Assembly: GCA_964562925.1 (NCBI GenBank)
Contig: CAZLVF010000006.1
Span: forward strand, 9,319-63,721
Direction of reading: 5' to 3'
DNA: 54,403 nucleotides
From: an uncultured Candidatus Bathyarchaeia archaeon
Lineage (GTDB): Archaea > Thermoproteota > Bathyarchaeia > 40CM-2-53-6 > CAVXDP01
Shown: piece by piece, positions 53,501-54,403 of the stretch
Layout: each line of letters begins with the position of its first letter
Position numbering within the stretch: the stretch's first letter is position 1
Made by a program: the position numbers and the translations under genes
Notes under the pieces: generated by a model
Databases searched by the model: none
What the model saw: only the letters and a program-made list of their open reading frames with translations
Told to the model about the DNA's origin: nothing

Positions 53501-54403
53501 TTAATCCTCAAAAGTCCAACCTGTCCTTTTGCACGCAGCGCTATTCACGTATTTCAAGCTGCCTTCCTGGATGATCGTCACGAGGTTCGGTGAATTCTCA
53601 ACTATCGCCCGATACTTCTCCTCAGACTCCCTCAATGCTTGTTGGGCTTGCTTACGATCGGTGATGTCTCTTCCATAGATATTGACATAGCCGGTATCCT
53701 TAACCGGCACAAGAGTAAACAGAAAGGTCCGGTCACCAAGCTCGACATCTACGCTTCTGCTTGACTGGCTCGTATACAATTCGTTTACCAAGTCACGCCA
53801 ATACTTTGGGGCCTTGCCGCCAGCCTTACATCCCCAATCCTGCAATAATCGCTCGCTCGCTTTATTCGCGTCAAGAACGACGCCGTCCTGGCTTAGTCGC
53901 ATTACGGGGTTTGGGTTCTCTTCAGGAAATCTTGCTAAACTCTTGATCTCATCTTCAGCTTCCTTGTGCTCGGTGATGTCGTAGATCGTCCCTTGAACCA
54001 TAATAGGCTTCCCTGAATCGTCACAGATATTTTGGATGACTTCGTGAACCCATCGTATCTCACCATCTTTGCGTACGATGCGGTATTTCCTTTCCTCTGA
54101 ATAGTTTGGTGTTGAAGCTACTTTGGATTCCGAGATTCGTGGTAGATCTTCAGGATAGATAATTTGGTTCCATCTTGGTTTTCCAGCAGTGAACTCTTTC
54201 TCCGTGTAACCGGTGATTTTCTCGACAGCGCCGTGGAAGAATATTGGAGTCCAGTCCATGTTTCCACGATAAGCTATTCCCTGTAAGTTCCGCAAGAATG
54301 AACGGTACCGTTCCTCGCTCTCCCGTAAAGCCTCCTGCGCCCTTATGCGCTCGGTAATGTCTAGGAACGTGACTTGTAGGGCGGGTTTACCGCGGTACTC
54401 GAT
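53501..54403 (-). CDS. PAS-domain sensor protein, upstream part of the split kinase gene (5' end off-window)
   Basis: The frame is open to the window edge (IEYRGKPALQVTFLDITERIRAQEALRESEERYRSFLRNLQG...). It contains three PAS-like units and stops at TGWTFED* in the middle of a PAS fold. Confidence 0.8.
   Translation of the reverse strand: MEYRGKPALQVTFLDITERIRAQEALRESEERYRSFLRNLQGIAYRGNMDWTPIFFHGAVEKITGYTEKEFTAGKPRWNQIIYPEDLPRISESKVASTPNYSEERKYRIVRKDGEIRWVHEVIQNICDDSGKPIMVQGTIYDITEHKEAEDEIKSLARFPEENPNPVMRLSQDGVVLDANKASERLLQDWGCKAGGKAPKYWRDLVNELYTSQSSRSVDVELGDRTFLFTLVPVKDTGYVNIYGRDITDRKQAQQALRESEEKYRAIVENSPNLVTIIQEGSLKYVNSAACKRTGWTFED

Noticed and set aside
1-54403. A search for CRISPR arrays, rRNA genes and long tandem repeats.
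   Set aside because: No regularly spaced direct repeats, rRNA-like conserved blocks or long tandem repeats were noticed anywhere in the window.

Overview
This is an archaeal chromosomal segment of roughly 50% GC by eye. The archaeal hallmarks are two thermosome subunits, eS8, SRP19, a GPN-loop GTPase, Dpo4, intron-bearing tRNAs and GAGGTGA-type Shine-Dalgarno sites. The mix of SMC/ScpAB, an MtrA-like protein and multi-intron tRNAs suggests an uncultivated TACK/Thermoproteota-type lineage such as Bathyarchaeia, but that is inference only. Most of the window is housekeeping: citrate synthase, tandem thermosome genes, TrpB2 with an ACT regulator, SRP19 and eS8, an ars cluster, smc-scpA-scpB, UppS, MTA phosphorylase, ADP-forming ACS beta, CinA-like, Dpo4, a glycosyltransferase/GH130 cluster, and a PAS histidine kinase with response regulator. 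The most interesting locus is 36882-40254. It is a tightly coupled three-gene operon encoding a short, hinge-less SMC-like ATPase whose head motifs resemble eukaryotic Smc5/Smc6, a ScpA-like kleisin paralogue, and a tandem winged-helix kite-like protein. This is a second, compact SMC-kleisin-kite set in a window that also carries the canonical smc-scpA-scpB operon. Other notable items:
- A tandem classical-AAA plus Lon-protease fusion, coupled to a small membrane protein (1790-4889).
- A candidate tRNA-Phe with three introns and a tRNA-Met with a 12-nt intron at the same non-canonical 30/31 position.
- A vapBC islet bracketed by a degenerate repeat of the tRNA-Met 3' end.
- Several decayed genes: arsC, a YyaL-like gene, an IS transposase, and a frameshifted PAS kinase.
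- An eS8 gene whose conserved N-terminus has no canonical start codon.
- A divergent pair of surface proteins.
- A GH130-centred glycan cluster with two divergent GT-B-like paralogues.
No rRNA genes or CRISPR arrays were seen. All calls come from reading the ORF translations and the DNA by eye. No database search was run, so family assignments rest on remembered motifs.
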